37,934 bases of DNA from Chlamydiota bacterium (GCA_037133055.1 JBAXOY010000016.1:1-37934), one strand, 5' to 3'. Counted from the first letter of the stretch, positions 17,845-28,075 are shown. Translations and numbers: made by a program. Notes: generated by a model not told the origin, from the letters alone.

Positions 17845-18810
17845 CTACCGTATGACCCCGATCCTGGACGGAGGAAGATAGACGAAGAACGCCAGCCCCC
17901 GCACGTTCTCGAACGGAACGAAACCCCAGAATCGGCTGTCCTTGCTGTTGGCGCTGTTGTCGCCGAGCATGAAATACGAGTCCTTCGGCACGGTGAACTT
18001 CTGGTCCCGGTGGCCGTACGGGCCCTGGCCGGGAGTGATATTCCGATAGTACATATCGGCGACCTCCTTCGGCGAGGTCACCCGCGCGTCGTCCACATAG
18101 ATATGCCCGTCCCGTACCTCGATGGTTTCACCGGGAAGCCCGACGCAGCGCTTCACGAAGTCTTTGTTCTGGTACTCCACGTTGCGGGAGTTGCAGTACG
18201 GACAGGCGCGTTGCGCATGTCTTTCGAGGTTGAAATCCGACCGGCAGCTGTTGCAGCAATAATCGAACGGAAACCTGAATACGATGATGTCGCCGCGCTG
18301 CGGGAGCCTCATCGCGACGCGGCTGAGCCGCGCGGTGGGAATGTCCAACCCGTAATTCGTCCAGGGAATGCCGACCCAGTCAAGCGTCTGGGGCCCGTAG
18401 ATGAACTTGTTCACGACGATGTGGTCCCCGAAGCCGCGGTGGTTCTGGGCCCCGTGCAGCGTCGGCTCCATCGAGCCGGTCGGAATCTTGAAGAGCTGGA
18501 TGATGAAGGTGCGGATGATGAGGGCGAGGATGAGGGCGAAGATGAACGCCTCCGCGTACTCGCGGACGATTGATTTTTTCGCGAAGGTGAGATGGCGGTC
18601 GAAGCTCCCCTGGAGCCTTGCGGACGCGCGCTCGACCTCGGCGGCATCCCGGGCCGCGAGGGCGCTCCCGAGCGCCGACAGGTCGTATTCGAGCTGGGCT
18701 ATCGCTTTGTCCTGGAGCGCGCCCCGGTTCTTCTTCAGGAGCGCGCGCACCATCTTGTGCGCGAGCCGCCCCTCTTTCAGCGTGCGGCGGTCCTTGAAAA
18801 ATCCCATCAC
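17845..18810 (-). CDS. lepB: Signal peptidase I with N-terminal extension and Cys-rich insertion
   Basis: FKIPTGSMEPTL (Ser), RGDIIVF, DFVKRCVGLPGE (Lys), YFMLGDNSANSKDSRFWG; downstream of lepA. Confidence 0.95.
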   Translation of the reverse strand: MMGFFKDRRTLKEGRLAHKMVRALLKKNRGALQDKAIAQLEYDLSALGSALAARDAAEVERASARLQGSFDRHLTFAKKSIVREYAEAFIFALILALIIRTFIIQLFKIPTGSMEPTLHGAQNHRGFGDHIVVNKFIYGPQTLDWVGIPWTNYGLDIPTARLSRVAMRLPQRGDIIVFRFPFDYCCNSCRSDFNLERHAQRACPYCNSRNVEYQNKDFVKRCVGLPGETIEVRDGHIYVDDARVTSPKEVADMYYRNITPGQGPYGHRDQKFTVPKDSYFMLGDNSANSKDSRFWGFVPFENVRGLAFFVYLPPSRIGVIR

Positions 18811-18837
18811 TCCCCTCCCCTGTCCGCGAATATTTTA

Positions 18838-19015
18838 TTCAAGCGGTTCAAACAGTTCACGCGGTTCAAGCAGATAAACGTTTTCTCCGCGACCTCCGTG
18901 CCTCCGTGGCGGAATCAACTTTTATCCGCGTTCATCCGCGCCAATCCGCGTCCAGAATTCCTTGCCGTTTTCTCCGTGGTCTCCGTGGCCGTTCTCCGCG
19001 TCCTCCGTGGTGAAA
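18838..19015. repeat. Four consecutive micro-repeat arrays in the lepA-lepB spacer
   Basis: TTCAAGCGG-type 9-mers x4 (18838-18873), CTCCGYG x3 (18885-18909), ATCCGCGNNN 10-mers x3 (18924-18953), CTCCGYG x4 ending in GGTGAAA (18972-19015). Confidence 0.85.
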
Positions 19016-19027
19016 CATCCAAGCGCA

Positions 19028-20830
19028 TCAATCTATCTTCAGCACTTCGATGAACGCCTTCTGGGGAATGTTGACCTTGCCGATCTGCTTCATCTTCTTC
19101 TTCCCCTCCTTCTGCTTCTCCCAGAGCTTGCGCTTCCGCGTGATGTCGCCGCCATAGCATTTCGCGGTGACGTCCTTCTTCAGCGGGCGCACCACCTCGC
19201 TCGCGATGATGCGGCCGCCTATCGCCGCCTGGATGGCCACCCGGAAGAGCTGCTGCGGGATGACGGCCTTGAGCTTCTCGGCGAGCGAGCGCCCCCGGTG
19301 CTCCGCCTTTTCCTTGTGGACCAGGAACGAGAAGGCGTCGACCGGCTCGTGGTTGAGGAGGATGTCGAGCTTGACGATGTCGGAGACCCTGAACCCGATG
19401 TGCTCGTAGTCCATCGAGCCGTAGCCGCTCGTCACCGTCTTCAGGCGGTCGTAGAAGTCGATCACGACCTCGTTGAACGGGAGCTCGAAGGTCAAAATGA
19501 CCCGGTGCTTGTCGATCGACTCGGTCCGCATGCATTCCCCCCTGCGCTCCTGGCAGAGCTTCATCATCGATCCGATCATCTCGTTCGGAACGATGATGAA
19601 GGCGCGAATCATCGGCTCACGGATCTCGTCGATCTCCGCGGGGGGCGGCATGCGCACCGGGTTGTCGATCTCGATGACGGCCCCGTCGGTCTTTTTGATC
19701 TGGTAGATGACGCTCGGCACCGTCGCGACGATCCCCACCTGGTACTCCCGCTCCAGTCGCTCCTGGATGATCTCCATGTGGAGAAGCCCGAGGAACCCGC
19801 AGCGGAATCCGAACCCGAGGGCGACCGAGTTCTCCGGCTCGTAGGTGAACGACGAGTCGTTCAGCCTGAGACGGTTCAGGGCCGCCTTCAGGTTCTCGTA
19901 CTCCGTCGTCGTGACCGGGTAGAAGCCGCTGAACACCATCGGCCGGAGCCGCTTGAAGCCCGGGAGCGGATCGCGGGCGGGCCGCCGGTCGTCGGTGAGG
20001 GTGTCGCCGATGCGGACGTCGGCGGAGTCCTTGATATTCGCGATGATGTAGCCGACCTCCCCCGGAAAAAGCTGTCCGCGGGGGGTCGCGTCGGGAACGA
20101 AGCAGCCGACCTCCTGGACCTCGAATACCTTTTCCGTGTACATGAGGCGGACCTTCATCCCGGGCGCCACGCGGCCGCTCATGAGGCGGACATAGATGAT
20201 GACCCCGCGGAAGGTGTCGAAGAGGGAGTCGAATATCAGGGCTTTCAGCTCATCGGTGGGGGGCTTCTTCGGGGGCGGGATCCGGGCGACGATCGTCTCG
20301 AGAAGATCCCCTACCCCGGCCCCGGTCTTCGCGCTCACGCAGGCGGCGTCCTCGGCGGGGATGGCGAGCACGTCCTCGATCTGCCGCTTCGTCTCCCGGA
20401 TGTCGGCGTTCGCGAGGTCGATCTTGTTGATGACGGGGATGATCTCGAGATTGTTCTGCGTGCAGAGGTGGCAGTTCGCCACCGTTTGCGCCTCTACCCC
20501 CTGCGCGGCGTCGACCACGAGCAGCGCCCCCTCACAGGCCGAGAGGCTGCGCGAGACCTCGTAGCTGAAATCCACATGGCCGGGGGTGTCGATCAGGTTG
20601 AGGACGTACTGCCTGCCGTCCCGGGCGAGGTAGTCCATCCTGACCGCGTGGGCCTTGATCGTGATCCCCCGCTCCCGCTCGAGGTCCATGTCGTCGAGGA
20701 ACTGGTCCCTGAACTTCCGCTCGTCGATCGTGTGCGTGAGCTGGAGGAGCCGGTCCGCGAGCGTGGACTTGCCGTGGTCTATGTGCGCGATGATCGAGAA
20801 ATTCCGTATCTGTTCGAGATGAGATTCCAT
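19028..20830 (-). CDS. lepA: Elongation factor 4 (LepA)
   Basis: IRNFSIIAHIDHGKSTLADR, DTPGHVDF, GFRCGFLGLLH, KCYGGDITRKRKL. Start ATG 20830 or 20839. Confidence 0.97.
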   Translation of the reverse strand: MESHLEQIRNFSIIAHIDHGKSTLADRLLQLTHTIDERKFRDQFLDDMDLERERGITIKAHAVRMDYLARDGRQYVLNLIDTPGHVDFSYEVSRSLSACEGALLVVDAAQGVEAQTVANCHLCTQNNLEIIPVINKIDLANADIRETKRQIEDVLAIPAEDAACVSAKTGAGVGDLLETIVARIPPPKKPPTDELKALIFDSLFDTFRGVIIYVRLMSGRVAPGMKVRLMYTEKVFEVQEVGCFVPDATPRGQLFPGEVGYIIANIKDSADVRIGDTLTDDRRPARDPLPGFKRLRPMVFSGFYPVTTTEYENLKAALNRLRLNDSSFTYEPENSVALGFGFRCGFLGLLHMEIIQERLEREYQVGIVATVPSVIYQIKKTDGAVIEIDNPVRMPPPAEIDEIREPMIRAFIIVPNEMIGSMMKLCQERRGECMRTESIDKHRVILTFELPFNEVVIDFYDRLKTVTSGYGSMDYEHIGFRVSDIVKLDILLNHEPVDAFSFLVHKEKAEHRGRSLAEKLKAVIPQQLFRVAIQAAIGGRIIASEVVRPLKKDVTAKCYGGDITRKRKLWEKQKEGKKKMKQIGKVNIPQKAFIEVLKID

Positions 20831-20897
20831 GGTCTTCATGCCCGCAGATGTTTCGTGTCCGGTCGTGGGGATGCTCCGCGAGGGGGCGCCGCGGGGA

Positions 20898-21560
20898 TCA
20901 CGGGGAGCCGCGCAGGGATTGTATGGCCGCGGCGAGATCGGCGGCGCCGAACACCGCCGTGCCGGCAACGATGACATTCGCGCCCGCCTCGACCGCCTCC
21001 CGGGCCGTCAGGGGGTTGATGCCGCCATCCACCTCGATGTCGAGGCGGAAGCCGCGGCGGCCGACGAGGTCGCGCAGCTCCCTGATCTTGGAGAGCACCG
21101 CGCGGATGAACTGCTGGCCGCCGAAGCCCGGGTTCACGGTCATGAGCAGCGCCAGGTCGGTCTCCTCGAGCACCGCCTCGATGTTCTTCAGGGGGGTGGC
21201 CGGGTTGATCGACACGCCCGCCCGGATGCGGCGGTTCCGAATGACCTGGAGCGTCCGGTGGAGGTGCGGCAGGACCTCGGCGTGCACCGTGAGGATGTCC
21301 GCGCCCGCGTCCGCGAACGGCCCGATGAAGCTGTCGGGGTCGCTGATCATGAGGTGCACATCGAGCGGGATCTTGACGCGCTTCCGGATCGCCGCCACCA
21401 CCCCCGGCCCCACGGTGATGTTGGGCACGAAATGGCCGTCCATCACGTCGACGTGGAGCATGTCGGCCCCGGCCGCCTCCGCCGCGAGGGCATCCTCCCC
21501 AAGCCTTCCGAAGTCGGCCGCGAGCAGCGACGGCGCGATCTGTATCTTATTCACCTTCAA
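20898..21560 (-). CDS. rpe: Ribulose-phosphate 3-epimerase
   Basis: IAPSLLAADF, HVDVMDGHFVPN, DVHLM, MTVNPGFGGQ, EVDGGI. Confidence 0.97.
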   Translation of the reverse strand: MKVNKIQIAPSLLAADFGRLGEDALAAEAAGADMLHVDVMDGHFVPNITVGPGVVAAIRKRVKIPLDVHLMISDPDSFIGPFADAGADILTVHAEVLPHLHRTLQVIRNRRIRAGVSINPATPLKNIEAVLEETDLALLMTVNPGFGGQQFIRAVLSKIRELRDLVGRRGFRLDIEVDGGINPLTAREAVEAGANVIVAGTAVFGAADLAAAIQSLRGSP

Positions 21561-21579
21561 AATATTGCGTCCTTTTTTG

Positions 21580-22854
21580 TCACAGGTGCAGGGCGTCCCG
21601 CACCGCCTGCTCTTCGGCGTGCGGCCCGATCACCGCCATGTTGAGCTTCCTGTCGAGGAAGATGTCTCGGGCCACCCGCTGCACATCATCCAGAGTGACC
21701 TTCGTGATATTAGCCAGTATCTCCTCTTTTGTCAAGACCCGCCCGGAGAGGAGAAGGCTTTCTCCGATGCCCAGCATGTTCTGGGTGGTCTTTTCGAGCT
21801 CCATGCAGAACTGGCCGATCCAGTACTCCTTCGCCCTGGCGAGCTCGGCCCGGCGCAGGCCCTCAACGCGGACCTTGTCGAGTTCCTTCAGAATCAGGGA
21901 GAGGGCCTTTAGGAATTTGCCGCTCTCGACCCCCGCGTGGACGGTGAACGCGCCCGTGTCCGCATAGCGGATCACCGAGGAGCTTATGGCGTAGGCGAGC
22001 CCGTGCTTCTCCCGCACGCGCTGAAAAAGCCGTGAGCTCATGTTTTCGCCGAGCGCGAGGCTGAGCAGGTGGATGGCATACCGGTCCGGGTGTTCCCTCC
22101 GGTAGCCCCTGACGCCCAGGCAGAGGTGGGTCTGCTCGGTTTTCTTGTTGTGCAGCAGGAGCACCGGACGGCGCTGCGCATCCATGGCGGGGGAGAACGG
22201 CGGCGTGCGGCGCGCGCGCGCGGGGGGGGCGAGCCGGCTCACGATACCGATCAGTTCCTCGTGCGCGACCCTGCCCGCCGCGGAGACGACGGTGTTCTCC
22301 GGGACATAATACCGGGCGCGGTAGTTTCCCAGCGCCTCGCGCGTGAGCGCCCCGACGGTCCCGACGGTGCCGACAAGGGGCCTCCCCAGCGGCTGGCCGG
22401 GCCAGAGCACCTCGTTGAATAGATCCATGACGTGGTGCTGGGGAATATCCATGTACATATTGATCTCTTCCCTGATGACCGTCCTCTCCTTCTCGATATC
22501 CTCGGGCCTGAGCGCGGCGTGGCGGTACATATCGAAGAGGACGTCCGTGGCGCGCCCGAGGTCCCTGTGAAGGACCTTCGCCATGTAGCAGGTGCATTCC
22601 TCGCCGGTGAAGCCGTTGAGCGTGCCCCCGACGCTCTCGATCGCCTCGGATATCTGCCGCGCGGAGCGCCGGGCGGTCCCCTTGAAAAGGAGGTGCTCGA
22701 GAAAGTGGGAGATGCCGTTCAGCCGCTTCTTCTCGTGCCGTCCCCCCGCCCCGACCCATATCCCGAGCGAGACCGAATCCATGGCGGGCATCTCGAGGGT
22801 GATCACCCTGAGTCCGCTATCGAGCGCGGTGACGCGATGGCGCTGTTCCTGCAT
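21580..22854 (-). CDS. M16 family (pitrilysin-like) zinc metallopeptidase
   Basis: GISHFLEHLLFKGT inverted HxxEH, LNGFT, SSRLFQRVREKHGLAY. Confidence 0.93.
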   Translation of the reverse strand: MQEQRHRVTALDSGLRVITLEMPAMDSVSLGIWVGAGGRHEKKRLNGISHFLEHLLFKGTARRSARQISEAIESVGGTLNGFTGEECTCYMAKVLHRDLGRATDVLFDMYRHAALRPEDIEKERTVIREEINMYMDIPQHHVMDLFNEVLWPGQPLGRPLVGTVGTVGALTREALGNYRARYYVPENTVVSAAGRVAHEELIGIVSRLAPPARARRTPPFSPAMDAQRRPVLLLHNKKTEQTHLCLGVRGYRREHPDRYAIHLLSLALGENMSSRLFQRVREKHGLAYAISSSVIRYADTGAFTVHAGVESGKFLKALSLILKELDKVRVEGLRRAELARAKEYWIGQFCMELEKTTQNMLGIGESLLLSGRVLTKEEILANITKVTLDDVQRVARDIFLDRKLNMAVIGPHAEEQAVRDALHL

Positions 22855-22893
22855 CGTCTTCTCCGTAAAAGTGCCCGTGGACGCTTCGGGGAC

Positions 22894-23319
22894 TCACCGC
22901 TCCCCTTCCGCGCCCCGGCTGTCGAGGTAGGATTGGAGGATAAGCTGGGCGGCGAGCCCGTCGACGCGAACGGCCCGCTTGCGGCGGGAGAGCCCGGCCG
23001 ATCTCATGAGAGAATCGGCCTCCGCTGTGGTCAGGCGCTCGTCCCACAGAACCACGGGTACGCCAAGGCCGCGACGGAGGGCTTCCGCGAACTCCCGGGC
23101 GGAGCGGGCGGCGGGCCCCTCGCTTCCGTTCATGTTCAGGGGAAGCCCGACGACGACCCCGTCCGCCTCGTGGCGCGCCGCCAGGCCGCGGAACCGCTCC
23201 AGCGTCTCGGCCGGAGTCCCCCGCTCGATCTGCCCGGCGCTCTGGGCGATGATTCGTCCCGGGTCGCTCACCGCGATCCCGATCCTCTTCTCCCCCATGT
23301 CGACGCCGAGCAGCCGCAT
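22894..23319 (-). CDS. ruvX: YqgF/RuvX pre-16S rRNA nuclease (Holliday junction resolvase-like)
   Basis: MRLLGVDMGEKRIGIAVSD, VVGLPLNMNG, WDERLTT, DGLAAQLILQSYL. Start reset to ATG 23319. Confidence 0.95.
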   Translation of the reverse strand: MRLLGVDMGEKRIGIAVSDPGRIIAQSAGQIERGTPAETLERFRGLAARHEADGVVVGLPLNMNGSEGPAARSAREFAEALRRGLGVPVVLWDERLTTAEADSLMRSAGLSRRKRAVRVDGLAAQLILQSYLDSRGAEGER

Positions 23320-23339
23320 CTGACTCCCCTCATCGCGCG

Positions 23340-24278
23340 TCAGAGATGCTTCCTGAAAAGCTCGCTGAGGGATTTGCCCTCGTGGATCCTCTTGATCGCC
23401 TCGCCGAAGAGCTGCGCCACCGAGAGCACCTTGATCTTGGGGATTTTCCTCGCCCCCTCGATCGGGAGAGTGTTGGTCACCACGATCTGCTTGTACAAGG
23501 ACTCCTGAAGCTTCCGGGGGGCGTCGCCGCACAGGACCGCATGCACCGCGCCGGCGTGGATGTCCCGCGCCCCGTGCTCGATGAGGGCGTTGGCGGTCTC
23601 GATCATCGACCCGCCGGTGGCGATCTCGTCGTCGAAGACAATGGCGTTCTTGCCGCGCACATCGCCGATGATGTGGAAGATCTCGACCGTGTCGTTCAAC
23701 GGGTCGCGGCGCTTGTCGAGGATCGCGAGCGGAAGGCCGAGCTCGCGCGCGTATTTCTCCGCGCGCTTGGCGCTCCCCGCGTCGGGGGCGACCACGATGC
23801 AGTCCTTCAGGCCGTTCCGGCTGAAGTAGTCGCAGAGGATCGGCGAGGCGAGCAGCTGGTCCACCGGGATCCTGAAAAACCCCTGGATCTGCTCCGCGTG
23901 AAGGTTCATCGTGAGGACCCGGTCGGCCCCGGCGCTTTCGAGCAGGTCCGCCACGAGCCGCGCGGTGATGCAGATGCGGGGCTGGTCCTTCTTGTCGGAC
24001 CTGGCATAGGGGTAGTAGGGAAGGACGGCGGTCACCCTGCTCGCGGAGGCGTGCTTGAGGGCGTCGATAATGATGAGGAGCTCCATGAAATAATCGTTTA
24101 CCGGGGGCGCGCTCGTCTGGATGACGAAGACGTCCTTGCCCCGGACATTCTCCTCGATGCGCACGAACGTGTTGTCGTTCTTGAACTTGTGGATGATGCA
24201 CTTCCCCAGCTCGATGCCGAGATAGCTGCAGATCTCACGGCTCAGCTCCGGGTTTGACCTGCCGCAGAACACCTTCAT
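23340..24278 (-). CDS. prs: Ribose-phosphate pyrophosphokinase
   Basis: ENVRGKDVFVIQ, PYYPYAR, LHAEQIQGFF, VAPDAG, KRR, PRT-type FDDEIATGGS loop. Confidence 0.95.
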   Translation of the reverse strand: MKVFCGRSNPELSREICSYLGIELGKCIIHKFKNDNTFVRIEENVRGKDVFVIQTSAPPVNDYFMELLIIIDALKHASASRVTAVLPYYPYARSDKKDQPRICITARLVADLLESAGADRVLTMNLHAEQIQGFFRIPVDQLLASPILCDYFSRNGLKDCIVVAPDAGSAKRAEKYARELGLPLAILDKRRDPLNDTVEIFHIIGDVRGKNAIVFDDEIATGGSMIETANALIEHGARDIHAGAVHAVLCGDAPRKLQESLYKQIVVTNTLPIEGARKIPKIKVLSVAQLFGEAIKRIHEGKSLSELFRKHL

Positions 24279-24309
24279 CGATGCGCCCCTTTCCCCCGCG
24301 CGGCAGGAC

Positions 24310-25410
24310 TCATACGAATGACCGCGAGCCCCGCCCCGCCTTGAGTTCCCTGATGATCCGCTTCAACTCCTGCGCCGCCCCGCGATGGCACACGAGCACC
24401 GCGTCCGGCGTCTTCACCACGACGAGGTCCTTGACGCCGAGGCAGCCCACTATACCATCATCCGAGACGATTATACAGCGTTCGGTGTCGAGGGCGACGC
24501 TTTTGCCGAGGATCACGTTGCCCTTTCCGTCCGCGGGAAAATGCCGCTCCAGGGCGCACCACGAACCGGCGTCGTCCCAGTCGAAATCGGCGCGCGCGAC
24601 CAGCACCCGGTCCGATTTCTCCATGATGCCGTAGTCGATGGAGACCCTCTCGATGCTCCCGTAGACCTTCCGGATGACGCCCGGGGCGCGCCGCGTCCCG
24701 AGCGCGTCCCTGATCTCGATGCATCCGCGATAGAGATCGGGCATGTGTTTTTTGAGCTCCCCGGCGATGACGGAGGCCTTCCAGACGAAGATCCCGCTGT
24801 TCCAGTAGTAGTCGCCGCTCCTCACGTAGCGCCGCGCGACGGCCAGGGCGGGCTTCTCCGCGAACTCCCTGACCCGCGCGAAGACCGTGCGGAGCCCGCA
24901 GCGGACCGCGCCTCCCTTCCGGATATAGCCGTAGCCCGTCGCGGGCTCGTTGGGGACGATCCCGAAGGTGACGAGGCACTCCCGGTCGCGGGCGACCCGG
25001 CAGGCGTCGCGCAGGTTGGCGATGAGCCTGCGCCGGTCCCGTATCACATGGTCGGCGGGGAGGACCACCATGATCCCCTCCGGGTCGCGGGCGAGGACTA
25101 TCGCGGCCCCGAGGGCGATGCAGGCGGCGGTGTCCCTCCCGAACGGCTCGGCGACGACGGACGCGCGCGGCACGCCCGGAAGCTGCCGGGCGATCAGCGG
25201 CGCCTGGAGCGCGGTCGTGACGACGATGATCCGGCCGGGCGGCACGAGGCCCGAGACTCGGCGCGCCGTGTCCTGCAGCATCGTCCTCTCCCCGAATATC
25301 CGGAGGAGCTGTTTCGGGCGCGCCTGCCGGCTCTTCGGCCAGAAGCGCTCCCCTCCCCCGCCCGCCATGATCACCGCGAAGATGTGCGGTTCAAAACTCT
25401 TTGCGCGCAT
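24310..25410 (-). CDS. manC: Mannose-1-phosphate guanylyltransferase
   Basis: VIMAGGGGERFWPKSR...PKQ, EPFGRDTA, PADH, TGYGYI, FAEKP, WNSG, SIDYGIMEK, WDDAGSW. Confidence 0.93.
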   Translation of the reverse strand: MRAKSFEPHIFAVIMAGGGGERFWPKSRQARPKQLLRIFGERTMLQDTARRVSGLVPPGRIIVVTTALQAPLIARQLPGVPRASVVAEPFGRDTAACIALGAAIVLARDPEGIMVVLPADHVIRDRRRLIANLRDACRVARDRECLVTFGIVPNEPATGYGYIRKGGAVRCGLRTVFARVREFAEKPALAVARRYVRSGDYYWNSGIFVWKASVIAGELKKHMPDLYRGCIEIRDALGTRRAPGVIRKVYGSIERVSIDYGIMEKSDRVLVARADFDWDDAGSWCALERHFPADGKGNVILGKSVALDTERCIIVSDDGIVGCLGVKDLVVVKTPDAVLVCHRGAAQELKRIIRELKAGRGSRSFV

Positions 25411-25424
25411 GAGTTCTCCCTGCG

Positions 25425-26222
25425 TTACCCGCGGAGCGGCGCACTCAGGCGCCGCGCCTTTCTGCCCACCCGCTCGACACAATCGGCGGAGCCGGCGTGA
25501 CGCTCGATGCAGTGCACCAGCGCGCTTCCGACCACGACCGCGTCGGCAGCCCGCGCCGCCTCGGCCACCTGCGCGGGGGTCGAAATGCCGAACCCGACCG
25601 CGACCGGCGTCCGAGTGACGCGCCTGATCTCGCGGACCCGCGCGGCGAGACCCGCGGCGAGCCTCCCGCGCTCCCCGGTGACACCGGTCCTCGACACGTA
25701 GTAGATGAATCCCCCCGCGTGCCGCGCGATAAACCGCACGCGCGCGAGGGGGGTCGTGGGCGCGATGAGGAATATGCTCTTCACGCCGTGCGCGGCGAGG
25801 CGCGCCTCGTACCCCGACGCCTCCTCCGGGGGAAGGTCGAGGCTCAACACCCCGTCGACACCCGCCCGCGCGGCGTCCGCCGCGAACCGCTCGAACCCGT
25901 ACGAGTACACGGGGTTCAGATAGGTGAAGAGCACGACCGGTATCTCCGAACGCTCCCTGACGCGCCTCACCAGCCCGAGGACGGTTTTCAGGCTCACCCC
26001 GCAGCGAAGCGCGCGCTCCGCCGATTTCTGGTTGACCACCCCGTCGGCGAGCGGGTCGGAGAACGGGACGCCCAGCTCCACGATATCCGCTCCGTTCGTC
26101 TCGAGCGCCTGCACGAGCGGAACCGTCAGCGACGGGGACGGATCCCCCGCGGTGAGATAGGCGATAAACCCCGCGCGCCGCTCCTTCCTCAGCCGCGCGA
26201 AGGCCGCGTCTATCCTGTTCAT
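25425..26222 (-). CDS. trpA: Tryptophan synthase alpha chain
   Basis: [35 protein letters not shown]. Confidence 0.97.
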   Translation of the reverse strand: MNRIDAAFARLRKERRAGFIAYLTAGDPSPSLTVPLVQALETNGADIVELGVPFSDPLADGVVNQKSAERALRCGVSLKTVLGLVRRVRERSEIPVVLFTYLNPVYSYGFERFAADAARAGVDGVLSLDLPPEEASGYEARLAAHGVKSIFLIAPTTPLARVRFIARHAGGFIYYVSRTGVTGERGRLAAGLAARVREIRRVTRTPVAVGFGISTPAQVAEAARAADAVVVGSALVHCIERHAGSADCVERVGRKARRLSAPLRG

Positions 26223-27412
26223 CGGAGCCTTTCCCGGGCGATCTTCTCGACCGTCTCGACGTCCTTGTCGCCGCGCCCGGAGATGTTGATGATCACGCCC
26301 TGCCCCTTCCTCATCCTCGGAACGACCCGTCGGGCATGGGCGACCGCGTGCGCGGATTCGAGGGCGGGGATGATCCCCTCCTTCTCGCTCAGGAGCAGAA
26401 ACGCATTCACGGCCTCCGCGTCCGTCACGCTCACGTACTCGACGCGGCCCGAGCGGTAGAGCCCGCTGTGCTCCGGGCCGACGCCCGCGTAGTCGAGGCC
26501 CGCCGATATCGAGTGCGTGGTCATGATCTGGCCCGCACGGTCCTGGAGGACATAGCTCAGGCTTCCCTGGAAGATTCCCGGCCTCCCCCCGCTGAACCGG
26601 GCCGCGTGCTTTCCGCTCCTCACGCCGAGGCCCCCGGCCTCGACTCCGATCATTCGAACCCCCGGGTGCGCGAGGAAGTCGTAAAAAAGGCCGATCGAGT
26701 TGCTCCCCCCGCCGACGCAGGCGATGAGGCAGTCCGGGAGCCTCCCCTCGAGTGCGAGTATCTGCCGCTTCGCCTCTTTCCCGATGACGCGCTGGAACTC
26801 CCGCACCATCAGCGGATAGGGGTGCGGCCCCGCCACCGTCCCCAGGATGAAATGCGTGTCGCGCACGTTGCTGACCCAGTCGCGCATCGCCTCGTCGATG
26901 GCGTCCTTCAGGGTGCGGCTGCCGGTCCGGACCGGCATGACGGTCGCGCCGAGGAGCTCCATGCGGAAGACGTTGAGCGCCTGGCGGCGGATGTCCTCCT
27001 CGCCCATGTAGATCACGCAGGGCATCCCAAACCGCGCCGCGACCGTGGCGGTCGCGACCCCGTGCTGGCCTGCGCCGGTCTCCGCGATGATCCGCTTCTT
27101 GCCCATCCTTTTCGCGAGAAGGATCTGCCCGAGACAGTTGTTGATCTTGTGCGCCCCGGTAAAGGCGAGGTCCTCCCGCTTGAGATAGATCTTTGCGCCG
27201 CCGAAGTGCCGCGTGAGGGCCGGCGCGAAGGTCAGCGGCGTCGGCCTCCCCGCGTAGTGCCGCAGGTTGTGGCGCAGCTCGGCCTGGAAGGCGCGGTCCC
27301 GCGCCGCGCGGGCGAACTCCCGCTCGAGCTCCTGCAGCGCGTGGATGAGCGTCTCGGGGACATATCGCCCGCCGAAATCCCCGAAATAGCCGCTCCGCGC
27401 CCGGCGATTCAT
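26219..27412 (-). CDS. trpB: Tryptophan synthase beta chain
   Basis: [45 protein letters not shown]; start ATG 27412 overlaps the trpF stop. Confidence 0.97.
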   Translation of the reverse strand: MNRRARSGYFGDFGGRYVPETLIHALQELEREFARAARDRAFQAELRHNLRHYAGRPTPLTFAPALTRHFGGAKIYLKREDLAFTGAHKINNCLGQILLAKRMGKKRIIAETGAGQHGVATATVAARFGMPCVIYMGEEDIRRQALNVFRMELLGATVMPVRTGSRTLKDAIDEAMRDWVSNVRDTHFILGTVAGPHPYPLMVREFQRVIGKEAKRQILALEGRLPDCLIACVGGGSNSIGLFYDFLAHPGVRMIGVEAGGLGVRSGKHAARFSGGRPGIFQGSLSYVLQDRAGQIMTTHSISAGLDYAGVGPEHSGLYRSGRVEYVSVTDAEAVNAFLLLSEKEGIIPALESAHAVAHARRVVPRMRKGQGVIINISGRGDKDVETVEKIARERLR

Positions 27413-28056
27413 CGCTCCCCTCCCCCCGCCCGGCGATCTCCCGCGCACGTCCCCTTCGCGCGACTGACGAACTCTTCCATGAGCGCCGGGTCCTTCCTCC
27501 CCGGCTCCGATTCCACGCCGCTGCTCACGTCTACCGCGTACGGCGTCGCCGCGGCTATTGCCCGGGCCACGTTCTCGACGGTGAGGCCCCCGGAAAGGAT
27601 GACCGGCGTCGCCGTGGGAAGGGCGGCGGCGAGCTCCCACGAAAAGACAATCCCGGTCCCTCCGCGGGCCCCGGGGACGTGGCTGTCGAGCAGGATGGCC
27701 CCGACCCGGTAGCGATCGAGGCCGCGGAGGCTATCGGAGTCTTTCACCCGGACCGCCTTGATTGCGCGCCCGCCGAACTCCGCGCACTCCTCGGGGCCCT
27801 CGTCCCCGTGGAACTGTATCCAGCCGAGGCGGCACTGCGCGGCTATCTCCCGGATGCGCGCGGCGCGCTCGTTCACGAACACCCCCACCGTGGATACGAA
27901 CAGGGGCAGGGATGCGATGATTCCGGCCGCCGTCTCCGGGGAAATGCGCCGCGGGCTCGGGGCGAAGACGAACCCCAGCGCGTCGGCCCCCGCGCGGACC
28001 GCGAGGCGGGCGTCCTCGATGTTCGTGATCCCGCAGATTTTCACCCGGACCATCAC
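27409..28056 (-). CDS. trpF: Phosphoribosylanthranilate isomerase
   Basis: VKICGIT, QFHGDE, GGTG, SGGL, DVSSGVE. Confidence 0.95.
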   Translation of the reverse strand: MMVRVKICGITNIEDARLAVRAGADALGFVFAPSPRRISPETAAGIIASLPLFVSTVGVFVNERAARIREIAAQCRLGWIQFHGDEGPEECAEFGGRAIKAVRVKDSDSLRGLDRYRVGAILLDSHVPGARGGTGIVFSWELAAALPTATPVILSGGLTVENVARAIAAATPYAVDVSSGVESEPGRKDPALMEEFVSRAKGTCAGDRRAGGGER

Positions 28057-28075
28057 CGCACCGCCTCGCCCTGCG

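Noticed and set aside
18838..19015. CRISPR array
   Set aside because: Units are 9-10 nt and degenerate, with no unique spacers and no cas genes.
22894..24201. Apparent long N-terminal fusions on ruvX, mnmA, rlmD, trpB, lepA, rhomboid and ADH in the ORF track
   Set aside because: The extensions overlap upstream genes in another frame; internal starts with SD sites or ATGA coupling give normal-length proteins.
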